Shown here one piece after another: positions 12,366 through 25,580 of a stretch of 64,000 bases of DNA; position 1 is the first letter of the stretch, and every line of letters begins with the position of its first letter. Under the pieces are notes generated by a model, which searched no databases, was not told the DNA's origin, and worked only from the letters and a program-made list of their open reading frames with translations. The position numbers were made by a program, and so were the translations under genes. The stretch spans positions 1,178,001 to 1,242,000 of the forward strand of contig MU053304.1 in NCBI GenBank assembly GCA_013239625.1, given 5' to 3'. The stretch comes from Lama guanicoe. Lineage: Eukaryota.

Positions 12366-15300
12366 TTTATAATCAAACTGGGTGGTTCATTTACTAATGA
12401 TAGCTATCTTATTCACAATGCTGAACTTCTCAAATTATTACAAGGCAAAAAGATTTCATCATTTGGTTTAAGACCTGAAATCATAGTTACATATTACAAA
12501 GCATTATTTAGAAACATCTGTAATACATGACTAATTAACTGATTTCCATGAATATGTTAAAGGCCTTTTATCAATATGGATCAGCCATCTTTAATTTTAT
12601 CTACACTGATTCATTCACATTCTAAGGAATTAAGTTATACAATCATAGTTTTAGAATTAGTGTCAGAAAAGGTAAACTTCAACTATTTCTTCACAAATTA
12701 GCACTCTAATAATATGAAAGGTTAATCAATGTCTATATTTTAAAATGTGAAACTGTCAATCTTCAAGGATAATATTATAACTCCATTTTTCTTCTGGTTA
12801 AATTTACTACTCCCTCTGCCACAAGGCTGTGTAAGCACAGTCCATATGATCATGAGCAAACATCATGGCCTCACCCATGTTTCAGTAAGTAAGAAAAGCA
12901 AACAGCCAATCCTGCTCTTTTAAAAAGATGGCAATTCTTTACAAAAAAGTGTAATTCACAACTTGAACAGTAAACAAGTGAGAAAATTTGAAACAAAGTT
13001 CAAATATGAAAAATAAAAGCCTTTCAGAAAATTACTTTTGTGTCAAAAAATTAAGATAGATTGAAAAGGTAAAATGCTGTGGTTCTAAAGTTACACCTGA
13101 GAGTGGTGAAATAATTTTTCTTTCTTTCCTTTTAGTCATTTCAATGAAAAACTGTATTTTGAATAAACAATTTCCTTTTTAAAACTTATAACCTTAAAAC
13201 TTATTTCTAGAGGATCAGATGTAAACCTGGTCTTCTTCAAGGTCCAGCGAGGCTATTTCTGTTCTGGCTAAATGCCCACAAAAGCACAAACATGCCACAA
13301 AACCAGCCTGAGCTGAAGCACCATAGTTGGAGATTCGAAGGTTTGTTTTCTTTTTAAACTGCTCAAAGGCCACTGTATGGTGGTATTCAGTGTAAATAGA
13401 CTTCTTCCAGCAGAAGTATTTGGAGTCACAGAATATACAACTGCATGGCCCTTCAGAGGACCATGTGGAACACTTTACTCAAGGATGATTTCTCTGAGAA
13501 TTCTTCTAACTGGTCAACATTCCTTCCCATCCCTCCCTATCAACATACTCACTGGCATATGGAGGCTTAATCCTGGGTTGAGAGAAAAATTCTAGATAAA
13601 ATAACGAGGTTGAAAAGCATTTTATTTCAGAGGAAGTAAGTGAATGCACTTGTCAACTGACCGGCATGATCAAACTTAACTCTTGCTTGTGCTTTTGAAG
13701 GGAAAAAGTTCCCAATCCTACAGCCAAAACTCAGCTCAGGGACCAAAAGATGTGGACACGCCTCATCTTGTGGCACACGTTCACTAGGAGTTCCAGGACT
13801 GTGTTCTAGGGAGAAAAGGCACACACAGGAAGACTGAAATCTATGGAAGACTAATATATGCCACCTGACCCTGCATGAAAAATCCCAAATAAGAGATCCG
13901 AGTAGCAAGCTCAGAGGATAGACAGGGCACTGTGTGCCGACTTCAACAGACGAGATGTTTCTTGAGCTGCATTTTGTAGGCACAATAAATCTGGATGACA
14001 GAAAAATGTATTATGACTGATTAGGGAGCTTTACGCAACAATCTGAACTACGATAAGGAAACAAAAATTATTTTGTAATTTCATCAAGTTCTGGTGGGTA
14101 ATAAAGTATCAAATGAAAAGGAAGGCAGAAGGCAATGAGTTTACAGAACTCACTGTAAACTCAAGTGCTGTTTACAGAATAACCACATGCCTTCTTTTAT
14201 TGCTCAAAGAACATTCCACACTTTATGGAGTGGTGCTTTCCAGGTGAGTGTTGACATGACAATACAGGCACAATGGAAAACTTGGTTTTTAATCTGAAAC
14301 CTGTATTGAAAATGCACAACAGAAACATCTTATACCCAAGAGAGAATAAAAAGTTAATCCCCCAAAACACTCAGGAAAAGTTACAATGAATACATTTACT
14401 TACATTAAAAACTTATTTCCTTCTGCAAAAATTTTGAACGTGGGATTCTGTTTTTCCTTTGCTATTCAGCAGAAGAATGCTACCAACTTAAGTGAATATG
14501 ATTACTAAAATATTTGTGGAAGTGCTCTAAAATCTGCAAAAAAAGCACACAGAGATTATCATTTCTGTGAAAGCCTCAAAAACCTACCTTCTTGGTTTTT
14601 AACTTGATCTACTAAATGTTTAAGTTACTGCTAACCATATCACCAACCTATCAGAATCATAGTGGTTTAAACAGGAAGTTATTGAGTTAAATATTAAAAT
14701 TTGGCTTTGTACAAGTGTCCTTGGGGGTAGTGGGGGCAAAGTGGAGTCCGGTGAGCCAGGCTTTAAAGTTTTTCCAAACTAAAATGGTGTTAGCCATGAA
14801 TCTGACAGTAGCTTTTAAATCTTGCCCTAAGGTCGCAGCAGGTGAGGGTCTACCTCCTCTCTGGCCTGAATACCTCACTCTTAATCAGGTTTTTATGCTG
14901 GGCTTCTGTGTCAGAAATTTAACAAATTTTAAAAAACTACTACTTATAACATAAAACACTGTCCGTTAAACACATCTGCATGTTGAACAGAGAACTATTT
15001 CCTGAGGCAAACAATGACCTGGCCTCCAACTCAATTTATGCAACTAGATTTGAAATAAAGTGCTGGTTAAGCTTTTGAGTCTTCAAAAGGCAGATGATTA
15101 CTGCTGCTGGCCCCTCAGCTGTCAAAGCAGAGCAGTTACAAGAAAACTATAGCCCTGGACATCTCTGGTACCCAATTGTAATGAAAAGTTCAGTGGCATG
15201 AATAATGATGGGGGCCATTTCCATACGTACAGAGCATCAAGAAAAGTAGTGATTTAATTAAACTGCACGCCAGTTTAACATTATTCCTATACCTTGTACT

Positions 15301-17756
15301 AAGATGCTTTAAACTTGAACTGGGTACTTTTACAGACACTCTAGAGAACTGAGACATATACTAAGGACCCAAAGCTGCACTAATAAAGGATCCACAGGGT
15401 CTCAGTTTCTGGAAAAATTATGCTTCTGCTCAGTGGCTGGTTTGTTTTTTATTTCCTGAACAGAACCTTGCAATGGAGCTTGTTTTCTTCTTTGTCCTAA
15501 AAGTCAAAGCAAAATGAGTGGTCCCCAGCTACTTAGTGTCAAAGACATGCATTTATCTGTGTACTAACCCTGCTCCAGGAATCATTTCATTTGTCTTTCC
15601 TTGTTTTTTCTTTGCTACTTATCTAATTCTCTGGGGGTGAGGGAGAAGATGGGACAGAAAGGAGAAAAAAGAAGGAAACATACCCCTATATTTTTCCACT
15701 TCCCTAAAATGAAAGGCAAGGAACATGAAAAATGAACTAGCTAATTTTAACATGAGGTGTAGCCTTTAACCTTACTACCGTGATAAATTTGTTAAATACT
15801 GCAGGATCTAGTGGTCAATTTTCTTGCTGGAGTGGAAACAGGTAACACAGGTAACATCCTATCTGGGAAGAGATTACTAAATTAAGTCAAACAGGGAATG
15901 TGTATCAAAGCAATCAACATGTACAGTGTATAGCAAAATACAGTACTTCCATCATTTTTCCTTAGAGTCAAATAATTTCTGTGAATAACAATGGCCCAGG
16001 CCTCCTCTGTAATGTGAGAGATGGTTATCACAGCTCCTCCACCTCTCAAAGAGCTCCGACTTCAGAATGCAAAGCCTGTTCAGTCCCTGCCATTTGGTAA
16101 GTAAGGATAAATTTAAAATACTTTCAAGTTTATTCAAGATATTTTTCAAGTCCCTCTTATGTATGAGGCATTATAGGTAAGAGGTCTAAATGGCTGCCTT
16201 TATAGAAAATATTTTTTAACCAGTTATACAAAGTGTATGCTATTCAACTAGTGTAAAAAATATCATTCATAAATTATAATAGTGACTGAGTTGTACTTCC
16301 AAACCTTTATTGTATATTTTATTCCAGTATCTTCTAGGAAATTAGGAAAAACAAGAAGAATAACTAGGGATGAGAGCAGAGGCAGGCAGGGTGACAGGCA
16401 AAGGGCATTTCATTATAATCAAAACAAACTGAGAATGATGAGCTAAACCAAAAGCTACCCAATTAGCAAACACTGCTGGTTTAGACAAAAAGCAGATTAA
16501 CAAAGCAGAACTCGGGTCCACACAGTCCCTCCTTCTGTATTCTGAGGATTGTTGAAGTAAGTGCAATGGCTTTTTGGTCAAAGGTGGAATTCCTTTAGTA
16601 TCCTATAGTCTTATCCTTCACAGAGTCCTCTGGGCCTTGAGGATATCTTTGGCCAGAAGAGCTAAAATGAACCTGCTTGGGCTAACAAGAGAGATAAAGG
16701 ACAAAATACGAATAGCAAGAAATATGTGGCCTCAGGGCAGACAAGCAACCAAGAAGTCCTTTAGAACGTGTACCTTGGACACCTAAACAAATCAGACAGG
16801 AGGATGAGACTCCCAACAATCCTCACAGTTGGGAAGTTCATACAGTCACTCTATATTATCCCCAGCACCACCTCCTTCTGGCAACTGCCCCCTGACCATA
16901 CATACACCATTAACACAGCTCCAATGGGAGGTGCCATAGTCTTAAAAGAATTGTACCCCTGCTGTCCACAGCAAAATAGCCTAGAGGGGCAAGTAGATCT
17001 CTGCTTAAAGTGTCTTTTGAGAGGCTGAAGCTCCATAAAAGATGTAGCAGAAAAAGTTGGTCTGCACTGGACAATCACCATGGAGTCTGTGTTCCTGGTG
17101 AGAACTACTGGTTGGACCCACGTGCATCTCTGCCTTTTCCCACAGCCTGAGTGTGTGACTCTCTCCTGGGATAAACTTTCATTAAATCCCTGCCTTGTTG
17201 AAAGAAACAGTGTTCCAAGTAGCACAGGGGCTACTTCCTAGGCATCACTGCTCCAGCCCTGTGTCCCAGAAAGGCCACTCTAGTAAGGCGAGACCTTAGA
17301 CATCTCTCTTGAACCTCACAGAGGCCAAAACTGACGTAGTGAAGACTGAGAGTGGAACCGTCTTTTATTTTTCCAGGTATTCTGCATACTTACTTTTGGG
17401 GCCCAGAGATCTGATATGTGTCATTAAATGACAGAGGAAGAAACATAAAAAAATTTAAATGTGAAAACAGATTATGTCACAAACTGAGAAAAAGTTCAAG
17501 ATTATATAAGCAAATGCAAATTAAATGCCATTTATTCCCCTGGCCTTCCTAAACTGAACTCTCAAGATGATTTTGTGAAACTCCTGATTTTTCCCTTGAA
17601 AACAGTTGCTCTAAAACTTGGAAGAAATATGGAAAAGAATTAAAGATTACATAAATATATTATATAACTGTATGAGTACTGGCACATCATCCCTTTAAAC
17701 CACTCTTTCAAGAATTACATGGCATTCAACAACAATCACCTAAGAACTAGAACTCC

Positions 17757-17900
17757 CCTAGTGATAGAAGTGTTAGCTATCTTGACTGTGGTGGTGGTTT
17801 CATGTGTGTACACATCTATCAAAACTCATCAAGTTGCACATCTGAAATAGTGTAGTTGACTGTACAGGAACCATACCACAATAAAGATGTTAAAAATATT
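17757..17900 (+). mobile_element. L1M 3' terminal fragment
   Basis: gtgatagaagtgttagctatcttgactgtggtggtggtttcatg...caataaagatgttaaaaa. Confidence 0.75.
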
Positions 17901-18311
17901 TAGAAACAAAAACTAGAACCCCTCAACTTCTCTTTCTTCAGTAGGTCCTTAGAAGCTACATATATGAGTGGAGGAAGGGTGAAAGAGGGAATTTGGGCAA
18001 AAACAAGGTGTTTACATTTAGAATCTCTCCTTTTAAGTATCTGACTTGAAGTAAAGCAGAACATTTTAGAGTTGGAACATCATCGTTCTCATTCAGAGAA
18101 AAAAAAGTCTTTTGATTCCAATCTACAGAAAACCCTTCGGTTCCAAAGAGGGATCAGATAGCTGCCATGGCCACAGAATTAATGCCTCAAGAACCACACT
18201 TTAGGGGGAGACACCTGAGGATCTGAAAAATAGCCTTGGTCCTTAAGCATCAAAAAAAAAAAAAATGAGGGGAGGGAGTAAAAAACCAGCTAGTTTTGCA
18301 ATTGCTAAACA

Positions 18312-18445
18312 TTAGATAACATAATTTATCATCCAAAACCAGGACAATTCAGGGAACAAAAGGGGACAGAATGATTTAATTATGTGAGGACAACAGGCAC
18401 AGCCCTGGACTTTCCCTGGCAAACCAGGACATTTGGTTACCCCTA
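18312..18445 (+). mobile_element. hAT-Blackjack MITE (MER94-like)
   Basis: cataatttatcatccaaaaccaggaca...ccctggcaaaccaggacatttggttacccta. Confidence 0.65.
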
Positions 18446-19349
18446 CTAAACTGTCTCCTGCCACTTTTCTACTTCATTACCCTGAAGCAGCAAGGGCAAA
18501 GCACCCTCCACTGAGATCAAGGCCTAGCAGGGTCACCTGCACATAAATATTTGTCAGTGATGATGAAAATAAGTGTCTCTTGGCAATGTTTGGTATTTCA
18601 AATCAGTAAACATCAACAATTCACTGGGGGGAATATGCCCATGTCATGGAATAACTATTAACTCTTCAACCTCTCACCAACTACTCTTTGCTCCAGGCTA
18701 GGTAGTTAACAATTTACCAGTTCTCCTATAGACATATACTTAAACATTACCCTGATTCATCACACCTTGCTCTCATTGCTGAAGGGATCAGAGCAGGCTG
18801 ATCTAATTGATTTAATTCACCCAAGAGCCCAGTATCTCAGTGTTAGCTTTTCCCTCTACTGAAACTTTGAGCTGTTTTACCCTGGCTTATGCACTCTTGC
18901 ATTTGAAAATTACAAAAAATACATTTCATGCATGCCCCTAGAGAGCCAAGGCCATGTTCATATACTCCTCACAAGGTGGGATACTAAAGGAACATCAATA
19001 GTGAAAGAGTGTGTGTGTGCACGTGAGTTTCAAATGAAGGTAAGGTGTAACCCAAGCATGTGGTCTAAGACTGACTTTGATAAACCTGAAATAAAACTAC
19101 TGAGCTCTCTACTAAGAGATGACATCACTGGGCTACCAGCTCTCTCTCCTTTGACTACTAGAATATTCTCAGCACCACTCCACCTAGGCTTATGATACTG
19201 CATCAAATCAGGCATACAGATAAAAGCAGTGCAGCATCAATTGGAAGAATCTAGCTTGTTCACACATCTTTAACAATTCAATGATTCAGAGAAGCAAACT
19301 TTATTTTTCTCTTCTTCCTGACAGCTAAAATATCTAGATCATTTTACAT

Positions 19350-19462
19350 AACAGCTTTATTGACATATAAGTCACATAGCACACAATTCACCTATTTACA
19401 GTATACAATTCATTAGTTTTTCATATAGTCACAGGGTTGTGCAGCCATCACCATAATCAATA
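19350..19462 (-). mobile_element. L1MB-like 3' terminus
   Basis: acagctttattgacatataagtcacata...gggttgtgcagccatcaccataatcaat. Confidence 0.75.
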
Positions 19463-19621
19463 AAATATCTAATTGTTTCTGAGACACTGGAGATCACTTA
19501 TAGTAAGAATGAAAAATGAATATGTTATTTTATTTTTTTCTGACTTACATGAAATGAACATTTCAAGAATCTAGATATACACTGAACCATACAATTTCCC
19601 TGAAAGGCCAAATGAGCAATA

Positions 19622-20146
19622 TAGTCAGCCCTCCATATCCAGGGGTTCCACCAACCATGGATGAAAAATATTCAGAAAAGAAAAATTCCAAAAAGTAAGA
19701 CTTGAATTTGCCATGTGCTGGCAATTATTTACATAGTAGGTACAGCTGATCTTTGAACACAGGTTTGAACTTCAGGGGTCCACGTACATGGATTTTTTCC
19801 CCACAAAATCAGTACCATAGTACTACAAGATCGGAGGCTGGTTGAATCGATGGATGCAGAGAGCTGACGGTAAAGTTCCACTGCACAGGGGGCTGGCACC
19901 TCTAACACCCATGTTGTTCAAGGGTCAACTGTACACTGTACTTACGACATTTACATAACATTGTATTAGGTATTAAAAGTAATCTAGAGATTATTTAAAA
20001 TATGCAGGAGGATGTAAAAAGGTTATATGCAAATTCTATGTCATTTGATACATAAGAGAATTAATCATCTGCATATTTTGGTATCCATGGGGGTCCTGGA
20101 ACCAACCCCACCCCAACCCTGCCTGCGGATACAGAGGGCTGGGCTG
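19622..20146 (-). mobile_element. TcMar-Tigger MITE (MER2-family), host of a nested element
   Basis: TA-flanked with inverted termini (agtcagccctccatatcc / ggatacagagggctgggctg); internal text matches the 36952 copy in reverse. Confidence 0.8.
19743..19931. mobile_element. Tigger2-derived MITE nested in MER2
   Basis: TA|cagctgatctttgaaca ... tgttcaagggtcaactg|TA: TIRs and TA TSD. Confidence 0.8.
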
Positions 20147-20329
20147 TATATGACATTGCCTTATCTCAAGTCTCCATGCATCCTTACTAGCAGAAGCATT
20201 ATCGATTTTTAAAATCTCTATTTAACAGCCTCTCTCTCATTGTTTATTTGCATTTATTTAGTCACTATCTGAATTGACTATTCATTTATACAGCGTTTTT
20301 AGCCTTACAACTTGTTTGAAAAACAACTT

Positions 20330-20550
20330 CTGGTAAGGGTTAAGAGCGTTAAGATCTTATCAGACCCAAGTTCAAATCTGAGTTCTGCCATTTAGAAGTA
20401 TACACAAAAACCTTTGGTCAAAACATTTATCTTCTGAGTCTCGATTATTTATAAAATGATAGGATAACTATTAAATTGTTAACATGAATAAAATGCCCAG
20501 GATAGCATTTAAAAAATAGGGGGAGCTTACTAATAAATGGCAGTTACCAA
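20330..20550 (+). mobile_element. MIR SINE
   Basis: ggttaagagcg...agttcaaatctgagttctgccattta...taaaatgataggataac...taataaatggcagttacc. Confidence 0.7.
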
Positions 20551-20579
20551 TGTGTATGAGTTTTTACTGTACTGGAGGT

Positions 20580-22200
20580 AAGTATTCACCTTCTATTATC
20601 ATGCAAAAATTTTTTCACATATTTATCTTAAGTGTTTTTTTCCTTTCAATTGCTTGACAGCAGTGGAAATAAACCTGCTCCTCATCCAAAGGTCTGACAA
20701 ATATTCATACAATTATATGTTCTTCTAATTAATATTTTTTAACTCATCCTCCCAACAGATTTATTTTCACAAAGGGTAGCTTAATTGTCAAAACCGATTT
20801 TCCCAAAGAACAGATAACCAATTATCTAAAAATCTTCTTTAAAGCTAAATAATCTTTCCTCCTTCCCCATCGATGTGTGATTTCACTTATGTAGCAGATG
20901 CATACATACGTTTCACTAAACTCCCTGAGTTGCCTTTCTAAAAGTCTGACAGTACTCTCTGGCTAACAGTACACTAATTTAACCTGGGACATTTTCTTTC
21001 TTCGTAACATTCAGTATTCACATTCAAGAACAAGGTTAACTCTCCATGTTTGAGTCTTTTTTCACTCAATTAAGTTTATATTAGTTTTCTTCACAGAGAT
21101 CCCAAACATTCCATATCAATCCTCCCAACTGAAGAATTTCAATTTTTGTTGCTGTGAGATTTTTCTCCCAGTTTTTTTTTATAACTGGATATTGCCAGCA
21201 AGAAAAATGTTACCAACTTTTAAATATCTTTATGTGGTATAGTTATCTTACTGAACTCTCGTTTTTAGTTTTCAATCGATTCTACTGGTTTTCCTAGGTT
21301 TAAGATTGTGACATCTGCAAATATTGCTATTTTCCACCATTTTTCAAACAGTTATACCTTTTATTTGATGTATTTTTGCATCAGCCAGGATGATATCAAA
21401 CATCAGAGGTGCTGGGCATGCTTGTTTCATGTTTGGATTTCAAGAGGAATTCCACCAGTGTTCTCCCACTAGTAGGTGGTTTGCTGTTGGTTTAAGACAG
21501 ATTTTTCAAAACCTCCTACCAGCTTTTAAAGAGTTCATAATCAGGAAGATCTGTTGAATTAACATTTTAATCTTGGCACATACTGGTATGATACAGCATG
21601 TTCAATGTATGCTAGTGCCAGAACCCAAGGGTTCAAAACTAGATTCTGTGACTTACTGGCAATTTATCCTTCGGCAGATTATTTAATCTCTTGGCCTAAA
21701 TTTCTTCACCCATAAAATGAGGATAATAATAACCACCTCTTTCTTTGGGTTGTTCTGAGGATGTTAACTGAGATAATGTATTAGAACAATGCCTGGCACA
21801 CAGTAAATACCAAGCGTTACATGTCATTTGTCCTCTTTAATTAAGAGAATTTCCTATTTAATTAAATTTGCTGGTGTTTTACTGAGAATTTTCAGGGCTA
21901 TTTCTATAAGTGAAACTAAAGCATAGTTTTCTTCTTTCGGAATATCTTATCAAGTTGTCTTTCTTATATTTTATTATGCTTCTGAGCGTTTGTGCTGGTT
22001 TTAAAACATGATTTTTATATCTTCTGGTATTTTTCTAGGATCTAGAATAAATGAGACAGTTTATTGATAAGTTTTTCAAAGTTTTAAAAAGAACTTTTAA
22101 TTTCTATACTATCAAGGTCTGAAGCTCCTTCCTCTCTTTTCTTTTGGTTAGGAGGCCATGGCCTTTAATATACATTAAATATATTCCACGATTAACAATC
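20580..22200 (-). mobile_element. Old L1 ORF2 fragments (interrupted by a MIR)
   Basis: T-rich antisense L1 text: gacatctgcaaata, gggcatgcttgtttcat, ctgttggtttaagacagattt, tatttctataagtgaaact. Confidence 0.6.
21620..21825 (+). mobile_element. MIR SINE
   Basis: cataaaatgaggataataataaccacct...ttagaacaatgcctggcacacagtaa. Confidence 0.85.
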
Positions 22201-23419
22201 CATTCAAGTGCTCTACCCCTTGAGACAATTCCTAAAAGCAACCAGTTCCACTTTCATGATTAGCTTTCTCAAAGCTGCACATGACATACAAATTTAGATC
22301 CAGTCTCTCTCTCTCTGGTCACTTTCTTCTGGATGTACTGCTATGTCTTGTTCCTCCTCCTCCTTTCTTATTCCTTCCTCTTCTTAACAACAAAAGCCTC
22401 TGTAAAAAATAGTTGTGCCCTTTCCAAACACCTATGACATCCTATGCTAAGCACGCTCATCCCTCACTACATTTAATTTTAAAAGTGGGGGAGCTTTCAC
22501 AAGATAAAGAAAAAGCTAACATTCTTCACCTTCACCACCCCTCTGCCCTCCACCATAAGTTTTTAGCTTTTGTGAGGAAGGAGCTCTCTCCGACTGTCTA
22601 GCCCTCTTCCCATCAACTTACTTCCAGGCACTCACTACGCAGTCTTCAGGAATCAGAGCAAGACTAGCTCTTGAGTAAACAAATGGGTTATGACCAATCT
22701 TAAAGAACAATATAAAACTAGGAAGTATTTACTTTGCGGTGTGCATGTACAGGAAGATGGTACCAGTTTCTTCTCGCCTACTCGAGAAGACAAGGCACAG
22801 GGATGCCGGCCACTGTACATGCAACTAATCTGCCAGCTGAGGAAAAGGGTACTGTAAAGCTATATTCTAATACAATGAACATAAGTAAAATGAATTTGTA
22901 AAGACATCAAATGACTTCTAAGTCATCTACGAAGTTCTATTAAGCCCTAGAAAATATTCCAACTTAAATTACTAATAATCTCAAATATGAATGAAACGAT
23001 GAATCTGTACAGATCCATGTCTCACCTACATCTTTATCCAAGACACTTAACGAAATCCTGTTAGGAAAAGAAACAGCTAATAAACAGACGGTAGCTTCTA
23101 GAAATCAACACTTTGCTAAAGACTCACTCCTTTTTGGAATCTGTCCAGCAATCAACATCAAGTTCAGTGTCTATGGTTCATGGATTCTACCTTTTTTCCT
23201 TTTTTGGAAAAACAGTACATTAGCTTCACTAAGCTTCCTGCACAGCTAGCTCCCTCTCTCCACAGCGCTTCAAAGACCACTGCCAGCTCCGCAGTAATGT
23301 GAAAGTTCTCTCAGTGTGCTAGGTTATCACACGTCCTGACCAAAAATACTTGATCTCATCAGTTTCTGTAACAGAAATTACCTATATTGCAAGATGATTC
23401 TACATTTCAATACCTTGTG

Positions 23420-23640
23420 GTGGAGGCAACAGAGTATGGTGGGGTTCAAGCATACCCTCTGGGACCAGGGTTTCAAATCTGGGGTCCCTTTTTAGGTGTG
23501 ACTTCAGACCAATTACTTAGCTTCTTTTTCCCTGTTTACTCACCTGAAAATAGGGTTACTATAGGATTAAATGAGGTAAATATATAGAGAGGTCTTAAAC
23601 TTTATACCAGAAGGTAACATGGGCCATGTTAGCAATTATT
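23420..23640 (+). mobile_element. MIR SINE
   Basis: gggtttcaaatctggggtcc...gtgtgacttcagaccaattacttagc...ggattaaatgaggtaa. Confidence 0.7.
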
Positions 23641-24489
23641 GATCCTTTTTACCTCATTCCTCATTCCTTTTACAAGTACAGAATCTTTATGTTACTTTAA
23701 TACTGAATTGGTAGGCCTCAGTGATGCTGACTACAACTTCTCATTTCAGCAACTTAAGGCCATACTGAGGACAAAGGGGCAATGAAAGAAACAAAAAGAG
23801 AAACATTTAATCAGTGATAGACAATGTAAACGCCTCAGTAGGTAACAGAAATGTCTAAGGTAGCCAGCATAGTTCAGGACAACGGAGAATCCTCCACGAA
23901 CTGGACTGGCCCCCACCATTGATAACACCTTCTAAATACTCCTTTTCTTAGGTCAGGGAACAAAATTAAACCCCCAACAGCAATACTGAGGATGGGGAAT
24001 TTTAAAAACTGCAGATAAAACAGTAAATAACAATTTTTACCTTGTTCTTTTAGTGAACCAAAACTATTAAGAATGTTAAATTGATTACCTTGTTCTTTTA
24101 GGGAATTGTAACTATAAGAATGCTAAATTAATCACTAATATAGGTCATGTATTTATTTATATTTAATTACATGCTATAAGGAAAGATTATTCTAAGTTTA
24201 AGATCTTGTTAAAAATAGTTTAAAAAATACAACAGTATAGCATAAAGCAATTTACAGCTATGAGGCAAATCAACTTTAAGCGGGTCCTTTTGGATATTTT
24301 AAAGCTTAATATTCCAAAGGGCTAATATCACAATAAATGATATATCCAAGTACAGATCAAAAAGAGTCTAGGTTCACTTGAAGGCCACTTTCACATTTTC
24401 AAAGTCTTAAAATATTTTTGAAAGTGAGTATGGTACAGTAGAAGGAGTTTTAGAACTTCGGTTATCGTAAAAGCTAAAAGGTATTGAAC

Positions 24490-24765
24490 ACTTAGAGCAT
24501 TTCAGACACATTATGCAAAGCATTTCTTACTGTATCTTCAAATCACCACAACCATTTCATGCATAGGCTTTACTCCCGCTATTTTACAGATGAGAAAGCT
24601 GAGGCAGAATGTGCACTAACCACCCTGCTCAAGAAAACACAGCTAGAATCTAAGTCCAGGAATTCTCAGGCTAGAGCCCTTCCTCTTCCAGGCTGAGCTT
24701 TAGTTTTCTCACTCATAAAACAGTCTTGACAATACCTTCTCATTCTAACATCCTAAGAGTTTATA
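24490..24765. mobile_element. Adjacent MIR fragments (minus, then plus)
   Basis: attttacagatgagaaagctgaggcag; then tgagctttagttttctcactcataaaa. Confidence 0.7.
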
Positions 24766-24781
24766 AATTCATGTAACCTCA

Positions 24782-25085
24782 CAGTGTTTCTCAAATTGAA
24801 TGGTGAATTACTTTAGTAACTAATAACATACATCAAAAAATAGAACAGACACCAAAGATTTACACTGTAAGTGACTATATTTCAACTAAAAAAAAAAAGG
24901 AACCAACATACTCTGTTCATCCCCCAATAGAACAAAATAAAAAGTATCGGATTGCATGTATTGTACATAGAAAGGCCTAAGTATTGTTTCACGAAACTTC
25001 TTTTTCAGTTCTGACAGTGTGTTTATATATGTCCTGAGTCACTAATCAAAAATGTAATTTCTCACTGTGGGTTGAAGTTTAAAAG
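24782..25085 (+). mobile_element. hAT-Charlie MITE (Charlie4-like)
   Basis: cagtgtttctcaaatt...taagtattgtttcacgaaactt...aatgtaatttctcactgtggg. Confidence 0.65.
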
Positions 25086-25247
25086 GAGTAGCGGAGGTCT
25101 TGAAAAGTTACTCACCTAAAGTGTTCATTATTTTACCTAACAAAACTAAATTATTTCAACCTTAATTGGATTCCAAACCTGCTGTAAGTAATCATCCCAA
25201 TTAAAAACTAAATACTTTGAATTCCATACTAATTAGTATGAAAATAA

Positions 25248-25580
25248 GAGGGTTTCTCAAATTATGTTCCAATAGAATCCTCCTTCAAGATATCTGCGAG
25301 TATTTCCTGGGGAAAGGGGGTGTTCTTGTGACCAAATATACTTAACAAATTGGGAAATATTTATATTTCCCCCCTAGACAGTCACAATGCATATTATTAA
25401 AAACTGAAAAGCTCAGAAGAAAAAAAATAAACACAACCACTATCAAAAAATAAAAACTGATTAACTATTTTTAATCCAGTGCTCTTCTACACTTAAAATT
25501 TCATTCTGGAACCTCTCCCACCAAGTACTAACCTCTCACAAGACTAGATTCTGCAAAACACAACTTAGGAAATACTATTT
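25248..25580. mobile_element. hAT-Charlie-type MITE
   Basis: gggtttctcaaattatgttcc ... aaaacacaacttaggaaatact: Charlie-like inverted termini. Confidence 0.5.

Noticed and set aside
16560..17230. ORF cluster and LTR-like tail in intron 1
   Set aside because: No recognisable protein or repeat family; possibly an old LTR, but I cannot support a call.
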